Assembly: GCF_009914755.1 (NCBI RefSeq)
Contig: NC_060935.1
Length of the DNA stretch: 64,000 bases
Source of the DNA: the human T2T-CHM13v2.0 reference genome, Homo sapiens
Direction: 5' to 3' (one strand)
Under the pieces are notes generated by a model. That model was not told where the DNA came from. It saw only the letters and a list, made by a program, of their open reading frames with translations, and ran no database searches. Of this stretch, positions 62,259-64,000 are shown in pieces. The position numbers and the translations under genes are program-made. The first letter of the stretch is position 1. Every line of letters starts with the position of its first letter.

Positions 62259-63535
62259 CGGAGGTAGATCCTAGTTTTGTGGAGCCTCAAGTACACCTAC
62301 ATTTTTGGTAGAGATCTCTTTAATGAAAATAATTCAAAATTATAAATATAAATTTAGGTTAACAAGTAATTATTTATTTAGCAGGAGAAAAGAAATCCCA
62401 TTAAATTCGAAATTTTAAAGTTTGACAAATATAAACATCTCCACGTACAGACTATTTAAATGCCTTTATACACTCTTACACAGACATACTTCTGAGCTTG
62501 TCCATTTCAAACCTACTGTTTTTTCCATTATCCATATCCTCCCAGTGTCCAGCACCAACAGACATATTTATATTTTATATTGTATAAATGTTTATACATT
62601 TATATTGTACAATGTTTATATTATACGACAGTTTATAAACTTGCGTCTCTTGATCAGGGAGCCTGGCAAGTATACACACTGGGCAGTAGAATTTCTAGAT
62701 AGTATTTCTATCCTGAGGTAGCTAGTTGATATGGTTTGGATGTGTCCCCTCCAAATCTCATGTTGAAATGTGAACCTTCAATGTTGGAGGTGGGCCTAGT
62801 GAGAGGTGTTTGTGCCACTGGGCTGGATCCCTCATGAATGGCTTGTGCTGTCCTTGCAGTAAGGAGTGAGTTCTTGGTCTATTAGTGCACGTGAAAGTGG
62901 GTTGTTTAAAGCAAGCTGGCACATTCTTCTCTCTCTCTTGTCCCCTCTGTCTGCTCCCTTTTTGCCTTCCACCATGATTGCAAGCTTCCTGAGGCCCTTT
63001 ACCCGAAGCAGATGCTGGCACTGTGGCTCTTGTATAGTCTGCATGACTGTGAGCCAAATACACCTCTTTTCTGTACAAATTACCCAGCCTCATTTATTCC
63101 TTTATAGCAATGCCAAACAAACTAACACACTGGTCTTCAGTTAACATACACAGAAGTCACTGTGAACCACATGCATTTATCTTACTAAGTCCAAACCATA
63201 TCTTTGTATGTAAGAATTAAATTTCTGTGTATGCATGTATGTGTGTATGTATCTATTTATCTCTTGAACGCCAGTTCCCCTTTGGATCCCTAACGTTCTC
63301 CTGGGAACTCCAATGCCACTTTTTTTGAAAAACATTGTATGGTAGGAGAAAAGCTGGAGTACATAGGGACACAGGTTCAGATCAGTTACATTTAAAATAC
63401 ATTAATCTTGCAAATCCTACAAAAATATGTGACCATATGAATGCATTACTAAGTCTAAGCACTTTGAGCGGGCCTCTGCATATAAGGAACCCCAAAGCTT
63501 AAGTTTGACACTAGCTTTATAATAAATCTACTTTG
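62259..63535 (+). mobile_element. hAT-Tip100 element (MER115/Zaphod-like) interrupted by an MST LTR
   Basis: gaggtagatcctagttttgtggagcctcaag start; tgtgaccatatgaatgcattacta...aagcttaagttt...taaatctactttg end. Confidence 0.6.
62727..63129 (+). mobile_element. MSTB-like MaLR solo LTR
   Basis: tgatatggtttggatgtgtcccctccaaatctcatgttgaaatg...aattacccagcctca...aactaacaca; 5-bp TSD ctagt/ctggt. Confidence 0.9.
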
Positions 63536-63559
63536 GGATACAAAAGAACAAATATATAT

Positions 63560-63640
63560 CTTTTAAAATCCTTTATTCCTAGTCCTGTGCCTGACATGTA
63601 GTAGGCCTAAAAAACATAATTTATTAAGTGAATCATTCAA
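63560..63640 (+). mobile_element. L2 3' end
   Basis: tgtgcctgacatgtagtaggcctaaaaaaca...ttattaagtgaat. Confidence 0.6.
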
Positions 63641-64000
63641 ATTCAGTTATGTTTGAGTTTTGGTCATATCTTTATAACCCATGACTCGCTTAGTAATAAT
63701 AATAAAAGAGAAAGAAACGAAAGAGATAGTTGCGCACATTATGAGCGATGTGTTCAGATTAAAACGAAAGAAAACAATTTCAATTGGTGCTATGTGTATC
63801 ATCAGACTATTACTATTGTTATAAATATCCTAATTCTGTCCCTGAGTTTTCTTGAGAGGTCATTTTCCTCTCTATGATCTGGAGAGAATAGAGAATTTAG
63901 CTTTTGAAATACTTTTTCAGAAAGGAGTTACTAATATCGGGATTGTGAGACCAAACGTCATGAAAGGTAATAAAAATGAAGGGATCTATGCCTACAAACA

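Overview
This window is AT-rich, CpG-depleted catarrhine primate (human-like) genomic DNA, intergenic or deep-intronic. I recognise no host protein-coding exon, rRNA, tRNA or CRISPR array. Every ORF-track peptide I can recognise is a decayed LINE-1 fragment or an Alu/LTR-derived spurious frame. The main elements are: a twin-primed, 5'-inverted young L1PA (about 1048-4667) with TSDs and a probable 13-nt 3' transduction; a full-length but dead L1PA8-like element (about 8285-14723) with TSDs; nine dimeric Alus plus a FAM monomer; MaLR/ERVL/ERV1 solo LTRs; DNA-transposon fossils (MER82, MER63, MER2, Tigger3, MER58, Charlie4a, MER5, MER6, MER20, MER33, MER115-like); and many MIR, L2 and old L1 remnants. 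Subfamily names come from my recollection of consensus sequences and need RepeatMasker/Dfam confirmation; coordinates of old repeats are approximate. The most interesting signals not explained by repeat families are local templated rearrangements: a direct-inverted-direct micro-triplication with a nested palindromic core (19185-19378), a ~200-bp duplication whose inserted copy has short duplications at both edges (53254-53460 and 54373-54560), a second micro-triplication inside a MIR, a 20-bp exact dispersed repeat, and a young 44-bp x4 minisatellite. A CpG-retaining unique segment near 33 kb is a candidate regulatory element or exon. I do not see evidence for a novel gene system.
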